Source: a virus
Length of the DNA stretch: 64,000 bases
Virus record (IMG/VR): IMGVR_UViG_3300025424_000009
Reading direction: 5' to 3' (one strand)
In this document: piece after piece, positions 36,781-46,479 of the stretch
Layout: each line of letters starts with the position of its first letter
How positions within the stretch are numbered: the stretch's first letter is position 1
Made by a program: the position numbers and the translations under genes
The notes under the pieces: generated by a model
What the model was told of the DNA's origin: nothing
What the model saw: the letters and a program-made list of their open reading frames with translations, nothing else
Databases searched by the model: none

Positions 36781-37020
36781 ATGAAAGTAATAGTAAATGG
36801 TGGATTAGAAGATTACAAAATTAAACCTGGAGTATTATTGGTAAGTAAAGCAGAAACCATTATAGTTCTTGTAACAGACTACCCTGAAGATTGTAACTAT
36901 TTCAGTGGAGTTATCTTATACCGTTATAATAAAGAGTATATTGGACGCTACGAAGAAGACTTTGATAAAAATGCGTACCCAAATATATTCACTGGTTCTC
37001 TAACCCTCTCAAACGACTAG
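36781..37020 (+). CDS. Hypothetical protein
   Basis: ORF track. Confidence 0.55.
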   Translation: MKVIVNGGLEDYKIKPGVLLVSKAETIIVLVTDYPEDCNYFSGVILYRYNKEYIGRYEEDFDKNAYPNIFTGSLTLSND

Positions 37021-37022
37021 AC

Positions 37023-37286
37023 ATGACAGAAGTAAAAAAGCACTTTGCATTTATATACAACTTACCTGAACCTACTCAAGTGGTTTTATGGCCGGCTTAC
37101 TACGAAGATACACAAGAGTTACTAGAGAACTACGATGAGATAAAAGAATACAACATATCTAATCTAGGATTCTCAGCTTGGTTATCAGCTAATCAGCCGT
37201 ATAAAGTACTAGTTAAGAAATTTCAGCCAGTAGAAGAATCACCTACAACAGAAGATGATAAACCTAAAAAAGTTAAAAAGAAATAG
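37023..37286 (+). CDS. Hypothetical protein
   Basis: ORF track. Confidence 0.55.
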   Translation: MTEVKKHFAFIYNLPEPTQVVLWPAYYEDTQELLENYDEIKEYNISNLGFSAWLSANQPYKVLVKKFQPVEESPTTEDDKPKKVKKK

Positions 37287-37296
37287 CCAATCAAGG

Positions 37297-37417
37297 CTCT
37301 ACCGGGAAAACAACGGGATGTCAAGCTTGTGGAGAACTTAGTTCCTACTTATTAAGTAGCAGGAGTTCTGAGAAGCAAGAATTAAATTCATTAATAACAA
37401 TTTAAAATTTAAAGATT
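37297..37417 (+). repeat. Structured leader element, copy 1 (resembles a TnpB/IS605 right-end RNA)
   Basis: Near-identical to 39666-39785, with differences concentrated in two hairpins that keep pairing. Confidence 0.8.
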
Positions 37418-39076
37418 TTGTCAGTCACAATCACATCCGGACAGGAATTAAAAGAGAAGCTGTTAAAGGGAATAAACCTTTCAGCCAACACAGTAACAGC
37501 AACAATGGGTAGCTCTGGAAGACCAGTAGCTATCAGAGATGATCAAGGAGTTATCCGTATTACTAAAGATGGATACAGTGTAGCTAATGCCATCACATCA
37601 TTTGAAGATCCTATTGAGGATATGGCTTTACAGCTACTTAAAGCTTCTGCTAAGAAGACAGTAGATGAAGCTGGAGATGGTACCACTACCACTACCTTGT
37701 TAGTACAGTCTATAGTAAATGAATGTTTAGATATTACTTCCAAGGATGTCAATATAGTAGAAGTACAAAAAGGTATTAATACCTCAGTTGATAACATCAT
37801 AGCTAACCTAAAAGAGCAAGCTATGGAGATTACTACCGAAGAACAAATCTATAGTGTAGCTAAACTATCAGCTAACGGTGATGATGTGATTGCTAAATTG
37901 ATTGCAACATCAATAGATAAAGCTGGGAGAGACGGAAGTATTTCTATTGAAGAATCTAAGTTTGCAGAAGATTCATTAGAAGAGGTAGAAGGTATGGTGA
38001 TAGATAAAGGTCTTTCACATCATCACTTCATTACCGATGAAGCTAAAAACCATTCATTCCTTACAGAGCCTCTTATCCTTCTAGTAGACGAAGTAATGAG
38101 TACCTTAGAATCAGTTACCCCTTTCATGGTGTATGCATCTGAGAAAGAAAAGCCTCTATTAATCATAGCAGAAGGAGTAGAATCAGCAGCTATCTCTGTT
38201 CTAATTGTGAATCACCTTAGAGGTAACTGTAGAGCAGCAGTAGTAAAATCACCTGACTTTGGCCCTAGACGTAAAGCTATCTTGGAAGATATTGCTATTA
38301 TGACTGGAGCTACTGTATTAAGCAGAGAGAAAGGACACGACTTAAAGAAGTTAAAAGATGTAGGGCAGTATCTAGGCTCTTGCCGTTCAGCCACTATTAC
38401 TAAAGATAGCACTACTATCATAGATGGTCGAGGTGATAAGGACCGTATCGAAGAGAGGTTACTAGCTATCAAGGCTCAAATAGATAATGCTTCTTCAGCC
38501 TTTGAGAAAGAGAATCTTCAAGAGAGGTTAGGAAAGATGATTGGAGGAGTAGTTATCATCAATGTAGGTGGTAGGTCTGAGGTAGAAATGAAAGAACGTA
38601 AGGATAGGGTAGAAGATGCTTTATTTGCCACTAAAGCTGCCATTTCAGAGGGTGTAGTGCCAGGTGGGGGATTAGCCTTAATCAATGCAGAACCTGCCCT
38701 AGATAAGCCTCTATTGAATAAAGACCAAGAGATTGGTAGAGAAATAATGAGGAAGGTAATCTTTGCTCCATTTAAAAAGATATTACTGAATGCAGGTATA
38801 GAAAATAGTTATAAAATATATGCTGGAATAAGAGATAACCAAATGGAATTGATACGGTTAGATAAGTCAGAAAAGATGTTATGGCAAGGCTACAACGTTA
38901 AGACAGATACCTACGGAGATGTAAGGGATATGGGTATTCTAGATCCAGTCAAGGTTACCAGAGTAGCTCTTCAGAATGCAGCGAGTACAGCAGGTATCTT
39001 AATGACAGTAGCTGCTGGAGTTAACGAAAACAAATCAGAAAAACATGGTAATAACACTCAAGAGCAGCAATATTAA
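37418..39076 (+). CDS. groEL: Chaperonin GroEL
   Basis: ITKDGYSVA, AGDGTTT, PDFGPRRK, ERKDRVEDAL.AT.AA..EG.V.GGG, GILDP.KV.R.AL.NA.S.A; TTG start; no GGM tail. Confidence 0.96.
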   Translation: MSVTITSGQELKEKLLKGINLSANTVTATMGSSGRPVAIRDDQGVIRITKDGYSVANAITSFEDPIEDMALQLLKASAKKTVDEAGDGTTTTTLLVQSIVNECLDITSKDVNIVEVQKGINTSVDNIIANLKEQAMEITTEEQIYSVAKLSANGDDVIAKLIATSIDKAGRDGSISIEESKFAEDSLEEVEGMVIDKGLSHHHFITDEAKNHSFLTEPLILLVDEVMSTLESVTPFMVYASEKEKPLLIIAEGVESAAISVLIVNHLRGNCRAAVVKSPDFGPRRKAILEDIAIMTGATVLSREKGHDLKKLKDVGQYLGSCRSATITKDSTTIIDGRGDKDRIEERLLAIKAQIDNASSAFEKENLQERLGKMIGGVVIINVGGRSEVEMKERKDRVEDALFATKAAISEGVVPGGGLALINAEPALDKPLLNKDQEIGREIMRKVIFAPFKKILLNAGIENSYKIYAGIRDNQMELIRLDKSEKMLWQGYNVKTDTYGDVRDMGILDPVKVTRVALQNAASTAGILMTVAAGVNENKSEKHGNNTQEQQY

Positions 39077-39170
39077 ACCTAGACAGATAGGTTCTGCATG
39101 GTTTGTAGCAAGTACTATCTTAGAGAGTTATTATAACAATTTATTTAAATCAGAAATAAAAACAAATAAT

Positions 39171-39437
39171 ATGAACATAGAAGATTTAGCTAAAGAGTTA
39201 CAAAGAGTATCTAGAGAGATACATGAAAAAACTTGTAATGGAGAAGCTAATATTGGGTTTATGTCACCTCATGTATATAAGGTTCTATACCCAACAGAGT
39301 ATAAAAATAGATCCTTGGCTTTTAGATTAAAACACAGAAGAAAAAATATTAATTGGTACCCAGTGACTGACCCTATCAAAAGAAAAATATATGATAGCTT
39401 AAACACAGTTGAGTTTTTAACTGTAACACCTTTATAA
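39171..39437 (+). CDS. Hypothetical protein
   Basis: ORF track (39045 start overlaps groEL; ATG 39171 after an A-rich leader preferred). Confidence 0.5.
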   Translation: MNIEDLAKELQRVSREIHEKTCNGEANIGFMSPHVYKVLYPTEYKNRSLAFRLKHRRKNINWYPVTDPIKRKIYDSLNTVEFLTVTPL

Positions 39438-39448
39438 AAATAAACAGT

Positions 39449-39661
39449 ATGAAATATAGAATCGTAGAGACAGAAGGAAAGTTCTTCCCTCAATTCGCAA
39501 ATAGCGAAACAAACAATTGGCTACCTCTTACAGCCAAGGGACTTAACACCAAGGAAGAGGCACAAGTAGTTGCAGATAAACATGCAAACAGTTTTAAAAG
39601 TGTCAACGAAGTAGTACACGATTATATACCTAATTCACAAAAACAAATTTTATTAGGTTAA
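39449..39661 (+). CDS. Hypothetical protein
   Basis: ORF track. Confidence 0.6.
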   Translation: MKYRIVETEGKFFPQFANSETNNWLPLTAKGLNTKEEAQVVADKHANSFKSVNEVVHDYIPNSQKQILLG

Positions 39662-39665
39662 TAAA

Positions 39666-39785
39666 CTCTACCCTAAAATCTAGGGGATGTGAAGCTTGTG
39701 GAGAACTTAGTTCCTTACCGAAGGTAAGCAGGAGTTCAGTGAAGCAAGAATTAAACAATTAAATAACAATTTAAAATTTAAAGAT
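39666..39785 (+). repeat. Structured leader element, copy 2
   Basis: Aligns almost without gaps to 37297-37417. Confidence 0.8.
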
Positions 39786-40091
39786 TTGGAACAGCAACAA
39801 TTAAAAATTGATTTAAGTAAAACAGCAGGGTGTATATGCCCTGCTTGTAGTAACAATACCTTTAAAGAGGTACTACTTATAAGAAAGGTAAGTAAGTTCT
39901 TGATAGGGTCTAATACGGATATGCACATGCCTATTCCGGTATTCTCCTGTACTAAGTGTGATACTATTCATACAGGATCTCTCACACCTCAAGTAAGAGA
40001 TTTATTAAATGTAAGTGATGATACAGTAGATGTAGAAGAGGAAGAAACCCAACAGAGTGCTAAAATAATTTCAATGTTTCCTAAAAAGTAG
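39786..40091 (+). CDS. Zn-ribbon protein
   Basis: CPAC ... CTKC; TTG start after repeat copy 2. Confidence 0.7.
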   Translation: MEQQQLKIDLSKTAGCICPACSNNTFKEVLLIRKVSKFLIGSNTDMHMPIPVFSCTKCDTIHTGSLTPQVRDLLNVSDDTVDVEEEETQQSAKIISMFPKK

Positions 40092-40096
40092 TAACT

Positions 40097-40279
40097 ATGA
40101 TACGTGTTTTAGAAATACTAAACGAACAATTAGAAGAGAAACGTTCTCAACTAGAAGAGTTAATGACTAGCGGTAAAGATATAGTTAATGATCCTGTATA
40201 CGAACTGGAATGTGAAGCTTTAACTTCGGAGATAGATTCAATATTGGAACAGATAACTAAAAATATAGCAGATGTCTAA
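40097..40279 (+). CDS. Hypothetical protein
   Basis: ORF track. Confidence 0.55.
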   Translation: MIRVLEILNEQLEEKRSQLEELMTSGKDIVNDPVYELECEALTSEIDSILEQITKNIADV

Positions 40280-41225
40280 AAAGAAAAAGGCTCCACATCC
40301 TATTCTGGAGGAGATTAAAAGTAAGATAATACCTAAAGTACAGGGCACCAGGAATATTTCCTATAGCCAATTTGCCACATATTTAGAATGCCCACACCAG
40401 TTTTACCTTAAATACGGTTTATCTAATTATCCGTTTAGTAGTTCTATACACTCAGTGTTTGGTACAGCTTTACATGAAACAATTCAAGAGTATTTAAACC
40501 TACTATACAATTCTACAATAAAAGCTTCTGATGAATTTCAGTACGATGTATTCTTACAAGAAAGATTATTATCCATTTACCAATCAGAGGTAACTGCTAA
40601 TGAAGGAAAACATTTCTCCACTAGAAAAGAATTGGAAGAGTTCTACGAAGATGGCTGTAACATAATGTGGTATATCAGAAAAGAACGTAAGAAGCTTTTT
40701 GACACTAAGTACGAGATATTACTAGCAAATGAGTTACTACTCAATATACCTGTTATAGAGGGTAATGAGACTATAAGGTTTACAGGATTTCTAGATACAA
40801 TTATCTTTGATACCTTTAACAACAAAGTAAAGATCTTAGACTGGAAGACTTCTACATCAGGTTGGTCTAAGTGGCAAATATCTGATGATAAGAAGTTAGC
40901 ACAGCTTAGGTTGTATAAACATTACTTCTCTAAGCAATACGGTATTCCATTCGAGGATATTACCTGTGAATTTAAGGTCCTTAAAAGAAAGGTAAACACC
41001 TTCGAGTTCGAGGGGTATAACATGGAGACTCCTAGACTTTCTACAGTTAAACCTTCCCAGGCAGCCATCACCGTTAAGAAAACAGTTATGCTTCTAGAAG
41101 AGTTTGTACAAGATTGCTTTGAACCAGACGGCAAAGTGAAGGAAGGTTATTATACTCAAGCTAATACAGACCACGCATGTAGGTTCTGCCCTTTTAACTC
41201 AAACAGTGAATTATGCTCCAGATGA
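40272..41225 (+). CDS. PD-(D/E)XK nuclease (Cas4/RecB/AddB-like exonuclease)
   Basis: ISYSQ..YLECP, FGTALHE, GFLD, ILDWKT, QL.LY, CRFCPF. Confidence 0.85.
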   Translation: MSKKKKAPHPILEEIKSKIIPKVQGTRNISYSQFATYLECPHQFYLKYGLSNYPFSSSIHSVFGTALHETIQEYLNLLYNSTIKASDEFQYDVFLQERLLSIYQSEVTANEGKHFSTRKELEEFYEDGCNIMWYIRKERKKLFDTKYEILLANELLLNIPVIEGNETIRFTGFLDTIIFDTFNNKVKILDWKTSTSGWSKWQISDDKKLAQLRLYKHYFSKQYGIPFEDITCEFKVLKRKVNTFEFEGYNMETPRLSTVKPSQAAITVKKTVMLLEEFVQDCFEPDGKVKEGYYTQANTDHACRFCPFNSNSELCSR

Positions 41226-41497
41226 TACTAGTCTTTATATTTTTAGCTTTAGTTTTTAGTGGGTTATGTTTTGCAGGAGTGATAGTGTTCAAACCTAATG
41301 ACTGGTATCCTGTATGGGTTGATAATGGTTTCTATTATTGTAATAGTTTACGTAGGTCAACTTTTTGTGCTTATGAAATAAGATATTCTAAAAGTAGAGG
41401 AAAGTATAAATTAATAGTTAAAGGAAAAGATGCAATATCAAAACCTGCATATAAAGTAGCAGTGGCTGAACTAAATAAATTAATAAACAATGGCTAG
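41213..41497 (+). CDS. Hypothetical protein with N-terminal hydrophobic segment
   Basis: ORF track. Confidence 0.55.
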   Translation: MLQMILVFIFLALVFSGLCFAGVIVFKPNDWYPVWVDNGFYYCNSLRRSTFCAYEIRYSKSRGKYKLIVKGKDAISKPAYKVAVAELNKLINNG

Positions 41498-41717
41498 ACA
41501 TAAGACATCATTTAAGTCAAACGAAGTAGACTTAAGACTTACAAGTGTAGAGGTTATACCTGAACTGCACGATGAATTCAAGAAGGAATGTATAAGTAAT
41601 CCTATCCTAAGCTCTAAAAAATTATTCAATAGAGCTATGTACCTGTACATGAATGATACCACCTTCAAAGATTATATACTCAGTTGTACAGATTTAGTTA
41701 CAAAAGGTAACCTATAA
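41490..41717 (+). CDS. Small hypothetical protein, possibly ribbon-helix-helix-like
   Basis: LTSVEV-strand then helices (ELHDEFKKEC, KKLFNRAMYLY). Confidence 0.55.
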   Translation: MARHKTSFKSNEVDLRLTSVEVIPELHDEFKKECISNPILSSKKLFNRAMYLYMNDTTFKDYILSCTDLVTKGNL

Positions 41718-41722
41718 TTAGT

Positions 41723-41754
41723 TTTGGAAGTTTCACACTAAACATTTACCTTCG
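41723..41754 (+). promoter_or_regulatory. Variant Bacteroidota-type promoter (TTTG-N20-TACCTTCG)
   Basis: One mismatch to TAnnTTTG; upstream of the first glycosyltransferase. Confidence 0.45.
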
Positions 41755-41770
41755 CTTAAAATATTATTTA

Positions 41771-43228
41771 ATGTATAAATACATCCCCAAAGAACAACGT
41801 AAAAAGCTTTTGTTTATTTCAGATACCATCACAGGTGTATCTGGAGTAGCAAATGTATCCAAAGACCTTATTGCCTATACAGCACACCACTTTAATTACA
41901 TCAGTATAGGTGTATCCCTCAATAAAGATTCAAAAGGAAAAACTTTTGATTTATCGCAAGCCATCAATAGTGAGATTGGCATTACTGACTCACAGGTAAC
42001 AAGTGTAGAGTGGGATAGATATGCAGACCCAGAATTCATTCGTCAAGTACTTATGGCAGAAAAGCCAGATGCACTTGTATTCATTACGGACCCTAGACAA
42101 TACATAGACTTATTCGCTATGGAGTATGACATCCGTACTGGAGCTATTAATGGAAAACCTTGTCCAATGATTTATATCCAGGTGTGGGATAACCTTCCTC
42201 AACCTAACTATAACTCAAATTTCTATAAGTCTGTAGATATGTCTTTGTGCATTAATAAGCAGACTGTACTGATTAATGAAATGATTTTAAAAGAAGATAA
42301 GTTAAAACCTATTATAAAGTACTTTCCCCATGGAGTAAATGTAGATAAGTTTAAACCTATCTCAAAAGATGATGAAAGTATCCTAGCTTTAAAGGAACGT
42401 TTATTAGGTACATCAGATACTAATCTAGTTGTATTCTTTAACTCACGTAACATCAGACGTAAGTGTGTAAGTGATTTAATCATGGCCTTTAAAGGGTTGT
42501 TAAGAGTACTATCTGAGAATCAAGCTAAAAAGGTATTCTTAGTACTACACACCCATCCTACTGATGAGAATGGTACTGATTTACCAAAAGTAGTTAAAGC
42601 TTTATTAGGGAGTCAATCTAATCAAGTAGTATTTGATACTGAGATATGCTCTCCTGAACACATGAACCTAAGATATAACATGGCAGATATTACGTGTTTA
42701 ATATCCAATGCAGAAGGGTTCGGGTTGAGTGGCTTAGAGTCATTAGCAGCAGGTACACCTGTCATTGTGAATGTAACAGGAGGTATGCAAGACTATTGTA
42801 GATTTGAAGATGAGAATGGTTATTGGTTCACACCTAATGAGCAAGTATGGTCTAACCACAATAAGACCTACACTAAACATGGAGAATGGGCTTTTCCCGT
42901 CTACCCTAGCGTCAATACTATCATAGGCTCTATTGCTACCCCATACATCTTTGAAGATGTAGCTTCATTTAGGGACATCACAGATAGACTAATTGAGGTG
43001 TACGAAATGAATAAGCATGACTTGCAAGATAGGGGATTAAAAGGACGTGAGTGGATTATGAGTGAAGAGGCTAAAATGAGTTTAGATTTCATGACTGAGA
43101 GCTTTATAAGTTCAGTAGATAATTTACTAGAGATATTTGAACCTCGTAAAGCTTACTCAATAGATAAAGTAAACACCCCTAAGAAGAACATCGAAATAGA
43201 ATTTCCTGACTATATATTTCAAGAATGA
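41771..43228 (+). CDS. Glycosyltransferase, GT-B fold (family 4-like)
   Basis: SGVANV, PHGVNVDKFKP, RNIRRK, NAEGFGLSGLESLAAGTPVI. Confidence 0.85.
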   Translation: MYKYIPKEQRKKLLFISDTITGVSGVANVSKDLIAYTAHHFNYISIGVSLNKDSKGKTFDLSQAINSEIGITDSQVTSVEWDRYADPEFIRQVLMAEKPDALVFITDPRQYIDLFAMEYDIRTGAINGKPCPMIYIQVWDNLPQPNYNSNFYKSVDMSLCINKQTVLINEMILKEDKLKPIIKYFPHGVNVDKFKPISKDDESILALKERLLGTSDTNLVVFFNSRNIRRKCVSDLIMAFKGLLRVLSENQAKKVFLVLHTHPTDENGTDLPKVVKALLGSQSNQVVFDTEICSPEHMNLRYNMADITCLISNAEGFGLSGLESLAAGTPVIVNVTGGMQDYCRFEDENGYWFTPNEQVWSNHNKTYTKHGEWAFPVYPSVNTIIGSIATPYIFEDVASFRDITDRLIEVYEMNKHDLQDRGLKGREWIMSEEAKMSLDFMTESFISSVDNLLEIFEPRKAYSIDKVNTPKKNIEIEFPDYIFQE

Positions 43229-43425
43229 TATTCAATAATACAAACAATTCGCAGATACCGCAAAAGGTAAAAGATAGAATACCTCCCAAGCTTTGGTATA
43301 AATACTTTTATGAAAAGCCAGTTGAACTCAGGTGGGAAGGTATACAGTTACCAAAAATAAATAAGTTTTTTCCTAATATAACAGCAGATCAAATAATAAA
43401 AGAACATGACATTTCAATTAAGTGA
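43225..43425 (+). CDS. Hypothetical protein
   Basis: ORF track. Confidence 0.45.
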   Translation: MIFNNTNNSQIPQKVKDRIPPKLWYKYFYEKPVELRWEGIQLPKINKFFPNITADQIIKEHDISIK

Positions 43426-43772
43426 ATCAGAAGTTAAGAAATTCCAAGAGAAAAATGCACAGTAATATGACAGATGATAACTTAATACGTAAATGGAGAG
43501 CTACAGGGTTATTAGAAATACCTAAAGTTATAGCATTAGAGTTAGCAAGAGTCTTTGAATTACTTTCAAAAAAGTACCTGATAAGTAGACAGAATACAAG
43601 TAATGAAGAATTTAGAAATCAATATCTAATATTCCCACTATATGCAAAGATGTACTATGAAGGTAAGAAAGTAAATAATATAGACAAGTTTATAAGAGCA
43701 GTTGATAATTCTAGCATAGATGAAGATAACCCTGAATCAGTAGATAAATTTATTAAAGAATATAAAGAGTAA
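43422..43772 (+). CDS. Hypothetical protein
   Basis: ORF track. Confidence 0.55.
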   Translation: MNQKLRNSKRKMHSNMTDDNLIRKWRATGLLEIPKVIALELARVFELLSKKYLISRQNTSNEEFRNQYLIFPLYAKMYYEGKKVNNIDKFIRAVDNSSIDEDNPESVDKFIKEYKE

Positions 43773-43776
43773 TGAT

Positions 43777-44031
43777 ATGAAACAAAAATTTAAACTAGTA
43801 GGCTTATCAAAAGAAAAGTCACTAACGTGTAAAACACTAACTACAGAAGATTTCTTCTGGCCTACCAACAACCTAACTCAAGCTGAGTTTGATTCTCTAT
43901 ACGAGTACTTCTCATCAAGTAAAGATAGCTGGGAGAAAGAAAGATTTGTATGGGTGACGTGTGATGGTTTATATGAAGATGGAACACCTATACATCCGGT
44001 AGCAGAATCATTAACAGACATTGAATTATAA
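43777..44031 (+). CDS. Hypothetical protein
   Basis: ORF track. Confidence 0.6.
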   Translation: MKQKFKLVGLSKEKSLTCKTLTTEDFFWPTNNLTQAEFDSLYEYFSSSKDSWEKERFVWVTCDGLYEDGTPIHPVAESLTDIEL

Positions 44032-44052
44032 AAGGTTAAATTAGATATTAGA

Positions 44053-44721
44053 ATGGTAGAATTAGTAGATTATTTCGGTAGTGATTTAATGGTGGTTAAC
44101 GCAGCTCGTTGTAGTTACAATAAGGTAAAAGAAGTGCTAGATGAAAAAGATTCTAAGCTTATAGTGTTTTTAAAAGAGCATAAACACATAGCACCGTTTA
44201 GACATCCTCAATTGCAATTTAGAGTCACTTGTCCTATATATGTAGAGAGGCAATTAAGAAAGCATGAGATAGGTACAGAGCTGGGATTGCCTCCTGAACC
44301 TAATTCATCTATTAATAGTATTAGCGGTAGGTATGTGGACTTCAGTGATAGTTATACTACCATAAAAGAATGGAGAAAACAATCTAAGTCAAGTAAACAA
44401 GGTAGTGAAGGGTTAATAGATAATCCAGAACAAGCAAGTTTTATAGAGAATAATATAATAGGGTTGTGTAAAACTGCTTACCAAGAGCTAATTAAGCTGG
44501 GTGTATCAAAAGAACAAGCAAGAACAATACTACCTTTAAATCTTAATACAACTTTTATTTGGACAGGAAGTTTACTTTCTTTTTTACATTTATTTGAATT
44601 AAGATTAAAGCCTGATGCTCAAGCTGAAACTAGAGAAGTTGTTGCTGAGATGTTGAACTGTATTCTAAACATAGAAGGAAATCCTTTTGAGCATACTTTA
44701 AAAGCATTTAATCTTAACTAA
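44053..44721 (+). CDS. thyX: Flavin-dependent thymidylate synthase
   Basis: GSDLMVVNAARCSY, H.APF.H, RQL.KH, NSISGRY, EQARTILP, AQ.E.R. Confidence 0.92.
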   Translation: MVELVDYFGSDLMVVNAARCSYNKVKEVLDEKDSKLIVFLKEHKHIAPFRHPQLQFRVTCPIYVERQLRKHEIGTELGLPPEPNSSINSISGRYVDFSDSYTTIKEWRKQSKSSKQGSEGLIDNPEQASFIENNIIGLCKTAYQELIKLGVSKEQARTILPLNLNTTFIWTGSLLSFLHLFELRLKPDAQAETREVVAEMLNCILNIEGNPFEHTLKAFNLN

Positions 44722-44723
44722 TT

Positions 44724-45233
44724 ATGAATAAACAAGCAACCTACCTTAACCGGTATCGAAACAAGATAGTATTTACCCAAGAAGGTGATACTGTAGTTAT
44801 GACAGGATATAACCCAGAGTGGCTGGGATGTTCATATGAGAATGATTATGATACACCTTATCAAGCTTTAGAGTTTGATATGTTTCAACGTCTTAAAAAC
44901 GATGATGGGTTAGACACTATATCAGAATTTATTTTTAAAGGGTTATTTAAATTTTCAGGTTTAAATGAAAAAGATATTCCTCAATACAAAATAGCACCTA
45001 AAGAAGAATTCATCAAGTACCTCTTCGAGTACGACTCTGAATTAAAAGAATATAAGTGTCCTCAAAAGTACAGAGACCTTTGTAAGAGTACAGATATCAT
45101 TCATAGTGTAGATCCTTCAGGAGGACCTTACATCGCTGTAGGATTTGACTTAAATGAATTCTTCAATGATGGAATTGAACGTGAAATAAAAAGTATACAA
45201 ATACAACCTAATCAAATAACATTTAAATTATGA
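44724..45233 (+). CDS. Hypothetical protein
   Basis: ORF track. Confidence 0.65.
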   Translation: MNKQATYLNRYRNKIVFTQEGDTVVMTGYNPEWLGCSYENDYDTPYQALEFDMFQRLKNDDGLDTISEFIFKGLFKFSGLNEKDIPQYKIAPKEEFIKYLFEYDSELKEYKCPQKYRDLCKSTDIIHSVDPSGGPYIAVGFDLNEFFNDGIEREIKSIQIQPNQITFKL

Positions 45234-46069
45234 GTTTAAAAGCATACGATGGTATGATGACCAAAGAAGGTTTTCCATACCTACAAGAAAAGATTAAAGA
45301 AAATATATCTAAATTTAAAGAAGCATCTTTAAGAAAATTAGGTAAAACTTATGCAGGAATTATACAAAAACATGTTGATAAAGAATTGTCAATATTAACA
45401 TATTCTAGAGTTTTTAGTTTAACAAAAAGTGAGGATGAAGAAATAAAGAATATTGAAATTAATGATGATACTTTATTAATTTCATATTTATTCCAAGTAG
45501 GAAAAATTGCAGCAAAGTCAGAATACTTAAATTATTTCACAACTCATTTAACTATGACTATTGAACAAAAAGATGATATACTTTTATGTTATCCTGGTAT
45601 AAATGTACCTGAACATAAAGATATTCTCTTAACATTTTTAACTGATTGGTACGCACAAAATCAAACAGACCCTGATAAAAATGTCCCAGAAGATGAGTGG
45701 GAGAAACGTTGTAAAGATTGGGATGATTTTAACGAAACAAGAGGATTGCAAATTGTTGTTAAATTATTTGACCCTAGTCATTATTGGAATAATTTAATTG
45801 ATTTTGTTAGAGGTGAGGAATTATATGATTTAATCCTGCCTAACATAGAAAGTGATGATAAGAGGAGAAAAAACATTTGGTATTTAAATTTTATGGAAAT
45901 ACTAATGGAAAGAAATGTTAAAGAAGAGGGGTTTGCAAAATATTTAAGGTCAAGAGAATACTTGAATACAGAAGAAGGAAAATTGGAATATGAAAAATAT
46001 AAGCAGGATAATCCAATTGAATTAACACCAATTACTACTGAGTTATTAAAAACACTAAAAGTTAAATAA
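45230..46069 (+). CDS. Hypothetical protein
   Basis: ORF track. Confidence 0.65.
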   Translation: MSLKAYDGMMTKEGFPYLQEKIKENISKFKEASLRKLGKTYAGIIQKHVDKELSILTYSRVFSLTKSEDEEIKNIEINDDTLLISYLFQVGKIAAKSEYLNYFTTHLTMTIEQKDDILLCYPGINVPEHKDILLTFLTDWYAQNQTDPDKNVPEDEWEKRCKDWDDFNETRGLQIVVKLFDPSHYWNNLIDFVRGEELYDLILPNIESDDKRRKNIWYLNFMEILMERNVKEEGFAKYLRSREYLNTEEGKLEYEKYKQDNPIELTPITTELLKTLKVK

Positions 46070-46070
46070 T

Positions 46071-46478
46071 ATGAATAACTATTATCTATCATTAATACCT
46101 ATCCTGCCCTATTCACTAGGAGGTATTGCAGATGCAATAATGGATACATGTTCAGATCACTTCAGTGTAAGTATATTCAAGAATCTTAATCCTAACTATT
46201 GGAATAAGAACATAAGCTGGACTAATAAGTATATAGACAACGATGTTAAGAAAGGTTTAAAGAAATGGTGGATATTTAATAAACCAGTAGCACTTACAGA
46301 TGCCTGGCATTTATTTAAAAGTATTAAAGAGATACTAAATACTCTCGCTATCACTAGTGCAATACTTATACCCTTTACATTTGAGTTCTGGTATATACCT
46401 CTATACTTCATCTTAGTAGGTTTATCAAGAGACTTAGTATTTGATATATTTTATAATTACCTTTTAAAAAGTAAATAA
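46071..46478 (+). CDS. Hypothetical membrane protein
   Basis: Hydrophobic helices; DAWHLFK. Confidence 0.65.
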   Translation: MNNYYLSLIPILPYSLGGIADAIMDTCSDHFSVSIFKNLNPNYWNKNISWTNKYIDNDVKKGLKKWWIFNKPVALTDAWHLFKSIKEILNTLAITSAILIPFTFEFWYIPLYFILVGLSRDLVFDIFYNYLLKSK

Positions 46479-46479
46479 C

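Noticed and set aside
37297-39785. The two leader copies as terminal repeats of a transposon carrying groEL
   Set aside because: They are direct, imperfect copies with structural covariation; no transposase or target-site duplication was seen
40272-41225. Cas4-like nuclease as a sign of a CRISPR system
   Set aside because: No repeat-spacer array or other cas gene was seen; stand-alone Cas4/RecB-like nucleases are common in phages
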